Source: Acidobacteriota bacterium (GTDB lineage Bacteria > Acidobacteriota > UBA890 > WLXD01). Taken from it: a DNA stretch of 64,000 bases. Positions 9,807 through 19,894 of this stretch are shown piece by piece. The translations under genes were made by a program, and so were the position numbers. Within the stretch, counting starts at the first letter, position 1, and every line of letters begins with the position of its first letter. The DNA lies in assembly GCA_965205505.1 (NCBI GenBank), contig CBDBHB010000008.1:1120001-1184000 (forward strand), written 5' to 3'. The notes beneath the pieces are model-generated. The model searched no databases. It saw only the letters and a list, made by a program, of their open reading frames with translations, and was not told where the DNA came from.

Positions 9807-12803
9807 TTAGAAGGAGAGTCGTACTCCCAACCTGAACTGCCGCCCAGGATTCAGTGAGCCAACTGTGCGGGGCGCCCCGACGCTGGAGATTCTGCCTCCG
9901 GACGAGTCGCGGGCTACCTGGTAGGTACGGTCTCTTCGCTCGGAGACGCCGGTCGGAGACTGGCTGTTGAGCAAGTTGAATCCGTCGACCATCAGCTCAA
10001 TCCGACTACTCGCCCCCATGTCGAAGGACTTCGAGAGCCGCAGATCGAGCTGCTTGTGCGAGTCCCACGTCCTGCTGCCGACCTTCTCGATGTTGGTGTT
10101 GCCGTAGTCGGCGTTGAAGTCGGAGCGAATCCGGGAGTTCCTTTGTTGAAGGTTCCACGGTCGACCCGACGCCAGGTTCCAGTACATACCCGCAAGGATG
10201 TCTCCGGGCAGCCTGTAGTTGGCCAGTACCTTCCAGCTCCACTTCCTGCTGAAGCGCAACGGACCAGACTCCGCGAACGGGTGGCCGTTGAAGTTGGGGT
10301 TGTCCTCCTGGTCGAAACCCCTTCCCCAGATGCTCTGACCGTCGCCGTTCTCCTTCGTTCCCCGGTTGTTCTGGTAGGCAACCGAGGTGCTGAAGTTGAG
10401 GCCGGAGCCGGTGCGCCGGCGGTCCAGCAGCAACGTCACGATGTCGTGCGTTCGGGTGTAGTAGGGGCTGTTGGTGAAGGCCTGGTCAGTGAAGCCAGTG
10501 TCCTTGGCGTAGAGCGTTTGCGTCTGCCCGGTCGCCGTGCTTCCGTCCGCCAACAACGTGTCGGGGGCGGTGTATTCGAAGGCCTCGAACACATGGTCAA
10601 TCTGGTCGTCGTAGTTGAAAAAGTTGTTGTCTTCTTTGTGGATATAGTCGACACCCACGACCCAGTTGTCGACGAACTCATACTCGAAACCGATGTTGAT
10701 TACATCGGTGTGCAACGAATGCAAGTCCTCGGGGATCGGGAATTGTGGGGCGTCCAACGTCCTCAGGTACTGGGGTTGAAAAACAAAGTTTTGCAGCGCT
10801 ATCGCTTGTGCGTCGGTCAGGTTTTCGAAATCGACGTCGGCGGCGAAGAAATCGTCCGGGAGCTCCCCTTTTCCCATAAAGTACGAGGCGTAGGACTGGT
10901 AACCGAAGTCTTCGTTAAATGCGCCGCCGCTGGCTCTCGAGATGTGTCCGATGGCGACCTTCTCGAAGTAACGCCCCCAGCTGCCATGCGCGACGGCACG
11001 GCCATCGCCTGACACATCCATGGTAAATCCAATCCGTGGCGCCAAGTTGTAGTACTTCGTTTGCAGCGACGATCCCGCGGGAGCCCAGGGAGCAGTTACA
11101 CCGGTGCGCTCGCCGCCCCGTCCACAGCACCGGTCGTAACCGTTCGTCCGGTCGTAGCGCAGCCCGAGGTTGAGGGTGAAGTCGTCGCTAACGGTAACGT
11201 TATCCTGAAGAAAGGCCGAGCTGCGTACGATGTTGGCCTCGAGGCCAACGTCGTAGATATACCCGTATACGTACATGCCCGCTGTGGTCCCGGCATAGTT
11301 GTAGGTATACAGACCGCCCTCGCCGGTATAACTGCTGATCCAGCTGGACCAGCTGTCGTTGTAGTCGATACCGATCTTGGCGTCATGCGCGACGCCCAGG
11401 AAGTTGTCGACGTACTGGGTCACCGTCGCCGTGAGCTCTTTCCGGGCGTTGTCCTCGTCCTCCAAGAAGCCGCGGGTGAGCCTCCTCGACGTGTTCAAGT
11501 GATACTGGGGTACATCACAGCCGACGCTTCCTCGGCCACCTTCACACTTTATCGGGAGGCGCTCGTATGCCCCCGAATATCCTGCGAAGCGGACATCGGT
11601 GAAGGTGTTGTCGCCTAGTTGGGCTTGCCAGCTGAACAACCAGGTCGTGGTCGAGATATCGGTATCCATGCCGACGATGAGCGGCGAACCTGGTCGCTGA
11701 CTCTCATTCGTCCCTCCGCCCGGATCATGGTTGATCATCGCACCGAGCGTGTGTCTGTCGTTGACCAAGTAATCCAGCCTGCCGTGCAGGCGCCACATAT
11801 CGAGGCCTTGCTGGCCATCTTCGACGGCGATGTCACCGTCAAGCCAGATCTGGTCGGCGACCTGCGAATCGAGCTTCTGTTGACGGGCGGCGCTGGCAAA
11901 GAAGAGCATCTTGTTCCGCACAATCGGGCCACCGATAGTGGCGGAAAAATCGCGTTCGTAGGAGAATTTTCCGCGCTCGAGATCGATGATGCCGCCGGAG
12001 TTGTCGCTTCTCAGCGAGCCGTTCTGGAAGTAGAAAGAGCCGGTACCGTGAAACTCGTTGGTACCGCCCTTGGTGATCATGTTGACCATCGCGCCAGTGA
12101 AGTTGCTGTACTCGGCGCTGGCGCCGATACCGACGATCTGGATCTCGGCGATGGCATCCACGTTCGGGTTGACCCAGGTGTTACCCCAGTCGCCCTCGTT
12201 AACGTCAACGCCGTTGAGCCGGTAGCCGTTGGTTGCCGAACCCACGCGATGCGAGCTGGAGCCCTCGGAGTGGTTGCCGCCGGCGCCATAGGCTCCCTTG
12301 TCGGCGAAACCAGGGGCGAAGTTCGTCATCTCGGTGAACTCACGCGCCACCGGAACGTTTTCCAGCATCTCCGCGCTGTATGACGTCGTAAGCGAGGACG
12401 ACTCCAAGTCGATCAACGGCGTCTCGGAGATCACGGTGACGGTCTCTGAGACCCCCGCCAGCTCCAGCTCCGCAATCACGTTTGTGGTTGTGCCGACGCT
12501 CACCGGAACGTTGTAGGCCATCGACTGGAACCCGGTGAGTGCGACCGTCACGATGTACGTTCCCGGCCTGAGATTACGAAACCGGAAGGTACCCGCGAGG
12601 TCGCTTGTCACCGAGAGAGATTCCTGGATGAGGTTGTCTCCCTCGATGGTGGCGGTGGCGCCGGGCAGCCCCGCGCCATCCGCGTCGTGAACCTCTCCGG
12701 CGATAATTCCAGTGCTTCGAGCTCCCTGCGCCATCACCTGCGCGGGGAGTATGAGGAGCATCGCGACGATCGCGATGGTCAAAATACTTAACTTGGTGCG
12801 CAT
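9807..12803 (-). CDS. TonB-dependent receptor (Oar-like, N-terminal carboxypeptidase-regulatory-like domain), paralog 1
   Basis: Signal peptide, GAGLPGATATI, SAEYSNFTGAMVNMITKGGTNEFHG, FTLNLGLRYD, NLAPRIG, terminal Phe; GGAGG RBS. Confidence 0.92.
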   Translation of the reverse strand: MRTKLSILTIAIVAMLLILPAQVMAQGARSTGIIAGEVHDADGAGLPGATATIEGDNLIQESLSVTSDLAGTFRFRNLRPGTYIVTVALTGFQSMAYNVPVSVGTTTNVIAELELAGVSETVTVISETPLIDLESSSLTTSYSAEMLENVPVAREFTEMTNFAPGFADKGAYGAGGNHSEGSSSHRVGSATNGYRLNGVDVNEGDWGNTWVNPNVDAIAEIQIVGIGASAEYSNFTGAMVNMITKGGTNEFHGTGSFYFQNGSLRSDNSGGIIDLERGKFSYERDFSATIGGPIVRNKMLFFASAARQQKLDSQVADQIWLDGDIAVEDGQQGLDMWRLHGRLDYLVNDRHTLGAMINHDPGGGTNESQRPGSPLIVGMDTDISTTTWLFSWQAQLGDNTFTDVRFAGYSGAYERLPIKCEGGRGSVGCDVPQYHLNTSRRLTRGFLEDEDNARKELTATVTQYVDNFLGVAHDAKIGIDYNDSWSSWISSYTGEGGLYTYNYAGTTAGMYVYGYIYDVGLEANIVRSSAFLQDNVTVSDDFTLNLGLRYDRTNGYDRCCGRGGERTGVTAPWAPAGSSLQTKYYNLAPRIGFTMDVSGDGRAVAHGSWGRYFEKVAIGHISRASGGAFNEDFGYQSYASYFMGKGELPDDFFAADVDFENLTDAQAIALQNFVFQPQYLRTLDAPQFPIPEDLHSLHTDVINIGFEYEFVDNWVVGVDYIHKEDNNFFNYDDQIDHVFEAFEYTAPDTLLADGSTATGQTQTLYAKDTGFTDQAFTNSPYYTRTHDIVTLLLDRRRTGSGLNFSTSVAYQNNRGTKENGDGQSIWGRGFDQEDNPNFNGHPFAESGPLRFSRKWSWKVLANYRLPGDILAGMYWNLASGRPWNLQQRNSRIRSDFNADYGNTNIEKVGSRTWDSHKQLDLRLSKSFDMGASSRIELMVDGFNLLNSQSPTGVSERRDRTYQVARDSSGGRISSVGAPRTVGSLNPGRQFRLGVRLSF

Positions 12804-13069
12804 TCCACTTCCTCCTGGGGAGACACCCGTCATCCAAACGGGCAATGCTTACTTGATATACTTCAGCGCTGCAAGAACCGTGCCCATCGGCCCTTTCCGT
12901 GGCCTCGGCCGGTACCGCGCTTGCGCAAACTCAACATTCTGGCGCCAGGCCCACGTCTACTGGGCGATTCTGTCCAATTGTCCCGATCAGTCGTCGCTGG
13001 ACTGGAGGCGAACACAGCACGAGACGAGACCTGCTCTGCGGGTCCACGGCCCGTTCGGCGCCGCTGAAT

Positions 13070-13223
13070 CCAATTAATTGGGTCCGTCGCTCCAATGGTT
13101 TGGTCCCTCCGGGAATCCCGTCGACCCATTAATGGTCGAGTTGACCACATAGTGGTCTGCATTTTCCGGGCGTTAATTAGCACCACGCGGATGACGTTGT
13201 CAATAGGGTCGAGACCCATGACA
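13070..13223. promoter_or_regulatory. Cluster of palindromic operator-like sites in the divergent TBDR/amidohydrolase intergenic region
   Basis: CCAATTAATTGG 13070-13081, CCATTAATGG 13126-13135, GACCAC-ata-GTGGTC 13143-13157, TGTCA..GGGTC-ga-GACCC..TGACA 13198-13223; locally AT-rich. Confidence 0.55.
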
Positions 13224-13414
13224 CAAACTATTCACGGTGTCCTCTTCGTTTCTTGTCCTCGTATCCTTTGAATCCTCTACATCCCTCATACTTCCTTTAC
13301 GACCCCCTGGCGCCTGTGACATGGATCGCACCGTGGAGCGGCCGGCGGATCCATGCTTGAATGAGCTGCGGGGTGGCTCGCCAGGCCCACCACACTTCCA
13401 CCACGGGAGGAAGC

Positions 13415-15067
13415 GTGAAAAGGCGTGACTTCATCAAGCTCGGCGCGGCTGTCGGCGCCATCGCAGGCCGGCCAGCTACGCTGCCTGCAACCGCAAGACA
13501 GCAGCCAGGGGCCACAACCGAGACCTATCGATCGAGGGGCGGCCGCGACCTGGCCATCGTCAACGCCAAGATCGTCACGATGGAGCCCGGGGAGCCGGAA
13601 GCGGAGGCCGCCCTCGTTCGAGGTGGCCGCCTGGTCCTGGTCGGAGACAGCAACGAGGTGCGCTCGCAGGCCGGTCGCGTCCAGATCTTCGACGCCGCGG
13701 GGCGGACGGTCGTACCGGGATTCATCGATGCCCACACTCACGTGGAGGTGGCCTGCGTCGCCGAGACCTATCAAGCAAAGGTCCACACACCTCCTCTTGG
13801 CAGCCTTCGAGAGGTCATCGACGTCCTGCGCTCCACGACGGCCGAGACATCCGCGGGCGAGTGGGTGATCGCCCGCGGATCGTTCGCTCTCGAGCGGCGG
13901 GTCAGCGAGGGCCGACTGCTGACCCGGCAAGATCTCGACGCCGTTACCGAGGACCACCCCTTGATCGTGTTTTCCGGACGTCACGTGGCCATGCTGAACA
14001 CGAAAGCGATCCTCACGATGGGGCTCTGGGACCCGGACTCGACACCGCCTCGTGGAGCGATCGTTCATCGCGACGCCTCCGGCGTACCGACCGGCACCGC
14101 GACCGAGCTCTACTACTTGCTGCCCTCGTACTCGATCGAACAGGTCAAGGCCGCCATCCGAAAGCACGTCGGCCCGATGTTCGTCGCCAACGGTACGACG
14201 TCCGTCTATACCGTCCCTTACTCCACCAGCGACATCACCGCCGATCTCGAGCTACAAGCAGCCGGCGAGCTGCCGCTGCGTGTGCGCATGTACTACCACG
14301 TGCCCCACATGATCTCCCTGCAGGGTCTTCTCGATACCGGTCTGGTCTCCGGCTTCGGCGACGAGATGTTTCGGCTGGGGGGTGTAAAGCTCTTTGTCGA
14401 CGGGCTCGGCGGCAATGGTCTCGGAGACCCGCTCGAGGACTACAAGTGGACCCAGGAGGAGCTCGACGACGTAGTGTTCCAGGCTCACACGAGCGGTCTC
14501 CAGGTGCTGATGCACGTGATCACACCGGGGGCCATTCATCGGGCCGCGACCGCTGTCGAGAAAGCGCTTCGTCGTGACCCGCGACCCCATCGTCATCGGC
14601 TCGAGCACGGTGGCAGTGTCGAGACGGTCGAAGAGATGCGCTGGCTGCGCGACCTGGGGTTACGTCTGGTCGTCACCCCCAGCCGTGGACGGCCGGGACG
14701 TCGCACACCACGTTACCGAACGCTGGTGCGGGAGGGACTCGAGATCATCGGCATCACCGATACCACCGGTACCGTGCCAGGCTCCTCCGCACCGCTACCG
14801 AAGATCGCCGCGGCGATGGTATCGGTCGACGACGGCGGCGGGGCGCCCGCCGGAGAGACGCTGACCTTCGACGAGGCGCTGCGTCTGTACACGCTCTGGG
14901 CGGCACGCGGTGGTCTGGAAGAAGCCGACAAGGGCTCGATCGCCGTCGGCAAGCTGGGTGACTTCGCGGTGCTCTCTGATGACCCACGCAGCCTTGCCGG
15001 TGAGGATCTGTTCGGGGTTCAGGTGGAGGCGACGATCCTTGGCGGCGAGGTCGTGTTCGAGCGCTAG
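13415..15067 (+). CDS. Tat-exported amidohydrolase (Amidohydro_3/YtcJ-like)
   Basis: KRRDFIK leader; PGFIDAHTH; VKLFVDG; HRLEH; KGSIAVGKLGDFAVL. Confidence 0.9.
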   Translation: MKRRDFIKLGAAVGAIAGRPATLPATARQQPGATTETYRSRGGRDLAIVNAKIVTMEPGEPEAEAALVRGGRLVLVGDSNEVRSQAGRVQIFDAAGRTVVPGFIDAHTHVEVACVAETYQAKVHTPPLGSLREVIDVLRSTTAETSAGEWVIARGSFALERRVSEGRLLTRQDLDAVTEDHPLIVFSGRHVAMLNTKAILTMGLWDPDSTPPRGAIVHRDASGVPTGTATELYYLLPSYSIEQVKAAIRKHVGPMFVANGTTSVYTVPYSTSDITADLELQAAGELPLRVRMYYHVPHMISLQGLLDTGLVSGFGDEMFRLGGVKLFVDGLGGNGLGDPLEDYKWTQEELDDVVFQAHTSGLQVLMHVITPGAIHRAATAVEKALRRDPRPHRHRLEHGGSVETVEEMRWLRDLGLRLVVTPSRGRPGRRTPRYRTLVREGLEIIGITDTTGTVPGSSAPLPKIAAAMVSVDDGGGAPAGETLTFDEALRLYTLWAARGGLEEADKGSIAVGKLGDFAVLSDDPRSLAGEDLFGVQVEATILGGEVVFER

Positions 15068-15096
15068 CAGGCCGTGGGCTCACCCAGAGTTATCCG

Positions 15097-16140
15097 CTAG
15101 CGCTCACCGAAGATGCTCTTGGCTAGCATCACGTGCACCCCGAGGCTGTCGTCGACGATCTGTGTCATGCGTATATCGGCCGCCATGGCCGCCAGCCGGT
15201 TTGCTTCCACAGGCGTCATTGAGCGCGTCTCCACCAAGAAGTCGATGGCCTCCTGAACGGCGATCTCGGTAGCCTTCGTGAGGTCCGGGTCCGACCCCAT
15301 GGCGATGAAATGGGTCGGGGTCTCGGCGCGCGGCCAGCGGAGTTTCAGGTCCTTGCGGACGATCAATTGCAAGCGCCCGCGGACCGAGCTCTCCAACGCA
15401 GTGCCCCCCACCTCGCCATCACCCTGGGCGGCGTGCGAGTCTCCGACGAAGAGATTTGCGCCCTCGACAAAGACCGGAAGAAAGAGCGTTGTCCCGGCTA
15501 CCAGTTCCTTATTGTCGATGTTGCCGCCCCAGCGATCCGGGGGATTGCTGCTCACACGTCCGGCCTCGGGCGGCGGCGCCACGCCGAGGATGCCAAAGAA
15601 AGGCCGTAGGGGGATCTCGATTCCCGGTTCCAGCGGCGCGATCATGCGCTCCATATCGAAACGGATCAGCTGACTGCGAGGCTCCGTACAGTTCACTGGC
15701 AGGAAGGTCCAAGCCTCGTTGCAGGCCTGATAGCCATACGGGATCGCCAGGTCGACGTCGAGGATCCGTACCTCGAGGGCATCCCCCGGTTGCGCCCCCT
15801 CCACCCAGATCGGTCCGGTAACGATGTGACCGCCGGGGCCGCGGTCGCTCACCTCGGCGTGGATCGCCCGCAACGACGCTTGGATCTCCGAGGGCGCAGC
15901 GCCCAGACGTTCGAGATAATCGGGACCTGCGGTGATCAGGCTGTCGACATCGACGACATCACCCGACTCGACCCGCAAGACCGGCGCCAGCCGCGCATCG
16001 AAGTACCCCCATGCAACGGTCTGTGGCGTCGCCTCGAGGCGATGGACGGTTTCCGGAGCCTGAGTCGGGCGGCCACCGGCGGCGGCACCGGCCGCGCTCA
16101 TCAATACGAGCAGTGCCACGAGCGTCACCGCGATCCTCAT
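15097..16140 (-). CDS. Acetamidase/formamidase family protein with signal peptide
   Basis: GHIVTGPIWVEGAQPGD, GGNIDNKEL, GDSHAAQGDGEV. Confidence 0.9.
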   Translation of the reverse strand: MRIAVTLVALLVLMSAAGAAAGGRPTQAPETVHRLEATPQTVAWGYFDARLAPVLRVESGDVVDVDSLITAGPDYLERLGAAPSEIQASLRAIHAEVSDRGPGGHIVTGPIWVEGAQPGDALEVRILDVDLAIPYGYQACNEAWTFLPVNCTEPRSQLIRFDMERMIAPLEPGIEIPLRPFFGILGVAPPPEAGRVSSNPPDRWGGNIDNKELVAGTTLFLPVFVEGANLFVGDSHAAQGDGEVGGTALESSVRGRLQLIVRKDLKLRWPRAETPTHFIAMGSDPDLTKATEIAVQEAIDFLVETRSMTPVEANRLAAMAADIRMTQIVDDSLGVHVMLAKSIFGER

Positions 16141-16270
16141 GGGTACCCTCCGCTACTGGTCCGTCATGGTCGTTCCCCGCACGCTACAGCGATCCGAGCA
16201 GCGGTTCCAGCGACGGGTCGTCCTCCGGCTCAGCCCGGCCGGACCTGTCCGACGGTTCGGGATAGGATAA

Positions 16271-18109
16271 TTGATCCCGATTACCGGAGAATCACGGGTG
16301 CGATTATGCGATGGTGCGGGTCGACGATCCTGGCCCCGAAGCACGGCTCGGAGGCTCGCGTGCGCCGCCGTAGTCGGGTTCCTCATACCGGCACCTGAAG
16401 CGGTCCCGCAGACTGCTCAGCGTGGCGCTGCTGGCAGCGACGGCAACGGTCAGGCCATGATCCGCTTGTCCGATGCCAGCCGTGCCGCCGGGCTTCGATT
16501 CGACCACTTCGCCGGCCTCAGCGCAGAGAAGCACCTGCCGGAGATCATGGGCGGTGGCGTCGCCTGGCTGGACTACGATGTCGACGGCCACTGGGATCTG
16601 TATCTCGTCGACAGCGGAGCGCTGCCGGGTGCAGCCCCCGTACGAACGCCGCCTCCGGGAGCCGGCGCCAACGCGATGTTTCGCGCTCGCCCGGGCGGTT
16701 TCTTCGACCGCGCCGACGGCGCCCGAGTGGCGCACAGCGGGTTCGGAATGGGCGTCACCGCCGGCGACTACGACGGCGACGGATTCGTCGATCTGTTCGT
16801 TACCAATTTCGGCCCTAACGTCCTCTATCGCAACAACGGCGACGGCACCTTTGGCGACGTGACTGCGACGTTGGGTCTCGGTGACGCGCGCTGGGGCAGC
16901 AGCGCCGCCTGGGGAGATCTCGACCTCGACGGGTTCCCGGAGCTCTACGTGGCGAACTACCTCCACTACGAGGTCGCCACGGCGCGCGTCTGCGGTGATC
17001 TTCCCCGCGGGAAGCGCGGCTACTGCCCGCCTGAGCTCTACGATGGCATCACCGACGTCCTCTACCGAAACATCGGCGGTCGAGCATTCGAGGACATCAC
17101 GGTGACGGCCGGGGTCGCGAATGCCGCCGACGGCAAGGGATTGGGCGTGATCATCGCCAATACCGATGGTGATCGGCTACCCGACATCTACGTGGCCAAT
17201 GACGGCACGCGCAACTTCCTCTACGCGAACCGAGGCGCGCTGCGCTTTGAGGATCAGGGGCTGTTCTCGGGTGCCGGCCTGAGCGTGAACGGGGCTCCGC
17301 AATCGGGCATGGGGGTGGATATAGGCGACCTGGACGGCGATGGTCTTCCGGAGATCGGAGTGACGAACTTCGAGGCCCAGGCCATCAACATGTACCGTTC
17401 AACGACGCCGGGGCTGTTTCTCGACGAGACGTTTCGCTTCGGCACCGGCGAGAGGACGTGGAACACGCTCGGGTTCGGGCTCGTTTTCGTGGACCTGGAT
17501 GGTGACGGTGACCGGGACGTGGTGATCGCCAACGGGCACGTGTCCGATGCCGTCGACAACTTTGCCCAGCCCAACCAGGTTTTCGCCAACCGCCACGCCG
17601 AGCGCTGGCTGGGCGACTCGACGAGGGCCGAGGGCATGCTCCAAGAGATCAGCACGGAGGCGGGGTCGGCCCTGCAGCACGCTCGCGTCTCGCGCGCCCT
17701 CGCCCACGGGGACGCCGACGGAGATGGCTGGCCAGACCTCGTCGTGTCCAACATCGACGGCCCGATCGAGCTGCTGCGGAACATCTCCGCGCGAGGGAAT
17801 CGACGAGTGGTGCTGAGGCTGCGGGGCCGCGACGCCAATCGCGATGCCTTTGGCAGCCGTGTCATGGTTACCAGCTACCCGATCTCGAATCGGCCCTTCA
17901 AGCAATTCTTCGAGGTCACGAGTGCGACGTCCTATATCTCGCAGAGCAGCACCGACATTCACGTCGGGCTGGGAGGCGCCAGCGGCGCCGAGTTCGAGGT
18001 GGTGTGGCCCGGCGGGACGAGCGAGCCCCTAGGGTTCATCGAGGCCGGCCAGCTGGTGCTGGCGCAACAGGGCAACGGCGTGGTGGCGACACGCCGGCTA
18101 AGCCGATGA
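16271..18109 (+). CDS. CRTAC1-family FG-GAP repeat / ASPIC-UnbV protein (start uncertain)
   Basis: Many DxDxDG loops (DYDVDG, DYDGDG, DLDLDG, DLDGDG, DADGDG); NRDAFGSRV; SYISQSS; HVGLG. Confidence 0.9.
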   Translation: MIPITGESRVRLCDGAGRRSWPRSTARRLACAAVVGFLIPAPEAVPQTAQRGAAGSDGNGQAMIRLSDASRAAGLRFDHFAGLSAEKHLPEIMGGGVAWLDYDVDGHWDLYLVDSGALPGAAPVRTPPPGAGANAMFRARPGGFFDRADGARVAHSGFGMGVTAGDYDGDGFVDLFVTNFGPNVLYRNNGDGTFGDVTATLGLGDARWGSSAAWGDLDLDGFPELYVANYLHYEVATARVCGDLPRGKRGYCPPELYDGITDVLYRNIGGRAFEDITVTAGVANAADGKGLGVIIANTDGDRLPDIYVANDGTRNFLYANRGALRFEDQGLFSGAGLSVNGAPQSGMGVDIGDLDGDGLPEIGVTNFEAQAINMYRSTTPGLFLDETFRFGTGERTWNTLGFGLVFVDLDGDGDRDVVIANGHVSDAVDNFAQPNQVFANRHAERWLGDSTRAEGMLQEISTEAGSALQHARVSRALAHGDADGDGWPDLVVSNIDGPIELLRNISARGNRRVVLRLRGRDANRDAFGSRVMVTSYPISNRPFKQFFEVTSATSYISQSSTDIHVGLGGASGAEFEVVWPGGTSEPLGFIEAGQLVLAQQGNGVVATRRLSR

Positions 18110-19677
18110 TCCCTGCCGTCGGCGCGTTGATGGCAGCGATTTACGCAGTCCCCGTGACGCCCGTGCGCGTGTGCTCGTTGGCAGCCGAAGATGTCCAGGA
18201 TGGTCAGATAGCGCAGGCTCTCTCGGCTGACGAAGGTGCCGCCCGCGAGCGCTTCATCGCCGCACTCAGGCTGGCCGAGCAGGGCAGCGTCGAGGAGGCA
18301 TTGGAGGCTGCCGCCGAGGGCCTGGTGTTGGACGAGGACAACGCCAACGGGCTCAACCTCGTCGGGCAGCTCTACGAGCAACTGGGCCGCGGGGCGGAGG
18401 CCGAGGACGCCTACTTGAAAGCGTCCAACGCCGACCCCGAGTGGCCAATGCCGTACCGCAACCTGGGGAACCTCTACGTGGCGCGCGGTCAGCCAAACGA
18501 CGCCGTGGTTGCCTTTCAGCGCGCCTGGAAGCTCGATCCGGAGAGCGTCCAGCTGGCTGTCGATCTCGTCGTGGCACAGATCGGTTCTGGCGATCTGGCC
18601 GGCGCGATCGTCACCGCCGAGATCGCCGTTGAACGGGCCCCCGACGATCCTACGTTGCTCGAATTGCTCGCCCGCACCCTTGGCGCCAGTGAGCTGGTGG
18701 ATGACCATCTCCAGCGCGCGCCCGCGGCCTTCCGACGGGCGATCGCGCTCGACCCCGAGCACGCCGACCTGTGGTTGGCTCTGGGTACCACCTACGACCG
18801 GCTGGCGCTGGGCACCCAGGCCGAACAGGCCTATCGACGCGCCATCGACCTCGGTCTCGACAACGCCCAAGTGCGTTATGAGCTCGGTCAGATTCTGTCG
18901 CGTCAGAACCAGTTTGCAGCGGCGCTGGAGGAGTATGAGCGCGCCATCGTCGCGGACGCCGACGGAGATGGCTGGCCGGACCTCGCCGTGTCCAACAATG
19001 CCGACTTCGCGGCCGCCTACTACGCACGCGGCGAGGCGCTCTTCGAGCTCGGCCGCGCCGAGGAGGCTCTGGCCGACTTCGAGCACGCCATGCGGATATC
19101 GCCCGGCGACCCCGATGCGGTGCTGGCGGCAGTGCAGGTCTACATGGTGCGCGGTGACCAAGCGTCTGCAGAGCGATTGCTGAGCGAGATCGCCTCGACA
19201 GCGACCAGCAAGCGTGCCGAGATCTCCCTCGCGGTGGGCCGGCTACGCCTGCGGCAAGGGCGCGACGAGGAGGTCATCGAGGTGCTCACGTCCGTCCTGA
19301 GCACCGCTCCGCAGCTGATCGAGGCGCGTTATCTCACCGGGCAGGCGCTGCTCCGGCTCGGACGCATCGACGCGGGCCGTACGGTGCTTTCCGAGTACCA
19401 GCGCCTGCTGACGGAGGGCCACGCTCGCGGTATCGACCTGCTGCGCAACGAGGTGGTGGGTCGGTGGCAGATCTATGTGCTGCGCGGGCGCGTGTACATC
19501 TACGAAGGGCGGCTCGACCTGGCGCTCGAGCAGATCGAGTCGGCCACGGTGCTGGCGCCCGACAATCCCGATGTCTGGCAAGCGCTCGCCGAGCTGCATG
19601 ATCTGCGGAACGAGGCCGAGGCCGCCGCGGCTGCTCGCCGCCGGGCCGAGTCACTGCGCGGGTCCGGCGTTAGCTGA
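18106..19677 (+). CDS. TPR protein carrying a 14-aa FG-GAP insert
   Basis: TPR patterns throughout; ATG overlaps the upstream stop; insert DADGDGWPDLAVSN. Confidence 0.85.
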   Translation: MIPAVGALMAAIYAVPVTPVRVCSLAAEDVQDGQIAQALSADEGAARERFIAALRLAEQGSVEEALEAAAEGLVLDEDNANGLNLVGQLYEQLGRGAEAEDAYLKASNADPEWPMPYRNLGNLYVARGQPNDAVVAFQRAWKLDPESVQLAVDLVVAQIGSGDLAGAIVTAEIAVERAPDDPTLLELLARTLGASELVDDHLQRAPAAFRRAIALDPEHADLWLALGTTYDRLALGTQAEQAYRRAIDLGLDNAQVRYELGQILSRQNQFAAALEEYERAIVADADGDGWPDLAVSNNADFAAAYYARGEALFELGRAEEALADFEHAMRISPGDPDAVLAAVQVYMVRGDQASAERLLSEIASTATSKRAEISLAVGRLRLRQGRDEEVIEVLTSVLSTAPQLIEARYLTGQALLRLGRIDAGRTVLSEYQRLLTEGHARGIDLLRNEVVGRWQIYVLRGRVYIYEGRLDLALEQIESATVLAPDNPDVWQALAELHDLRNEAEAAAAARRRAESLRGSGVS

Positions 19678-19703
19678 TCCTTTGCGATCCCCGGGTTGCA
19701 GTT

Positions 19704-19850
19704 GAGGTCATCGACGCCGCCCTGGCGTGGGCCCGTGAGGACGACACGAAGGGGTTGTACCCTCGCCTCTACGGCAAGTTCCCCCGCGTATTGGGATACT
19801 AGTGCTCCTGATCATGACCTCGCTGCCGGCGCAGGTTCTGCGGCGGCGAG
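19704..19850 (+). pseudogene. Mosaic remnant: sulfatase fragment joined to D-aminoacylase fragments
   Basis: 19704..19747 matches 6488..6531 (41/44); 19748..~19805 resembles 47112.. and 19814..19844 resembles 47214..47244. Confidence 0.7.
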
Positions 19851-19894
19851 ACAACTTCATAGTGATCACAAGTTGGCTCACCGGAGCGGGTTCC

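Noticed and set aside
13070-13223. Possible CRISPR-like or iteron array
   Set aside because: Units are not identical direct repeats, spacing is irregular, and no cas or rep gene is present
19802-19894. Extended N-terminus of M28 paralog 1 in the ORF track
   Set aside because: Derived from the D-aminoacylase remnant; the paralog comparison supports the ATG at 19895
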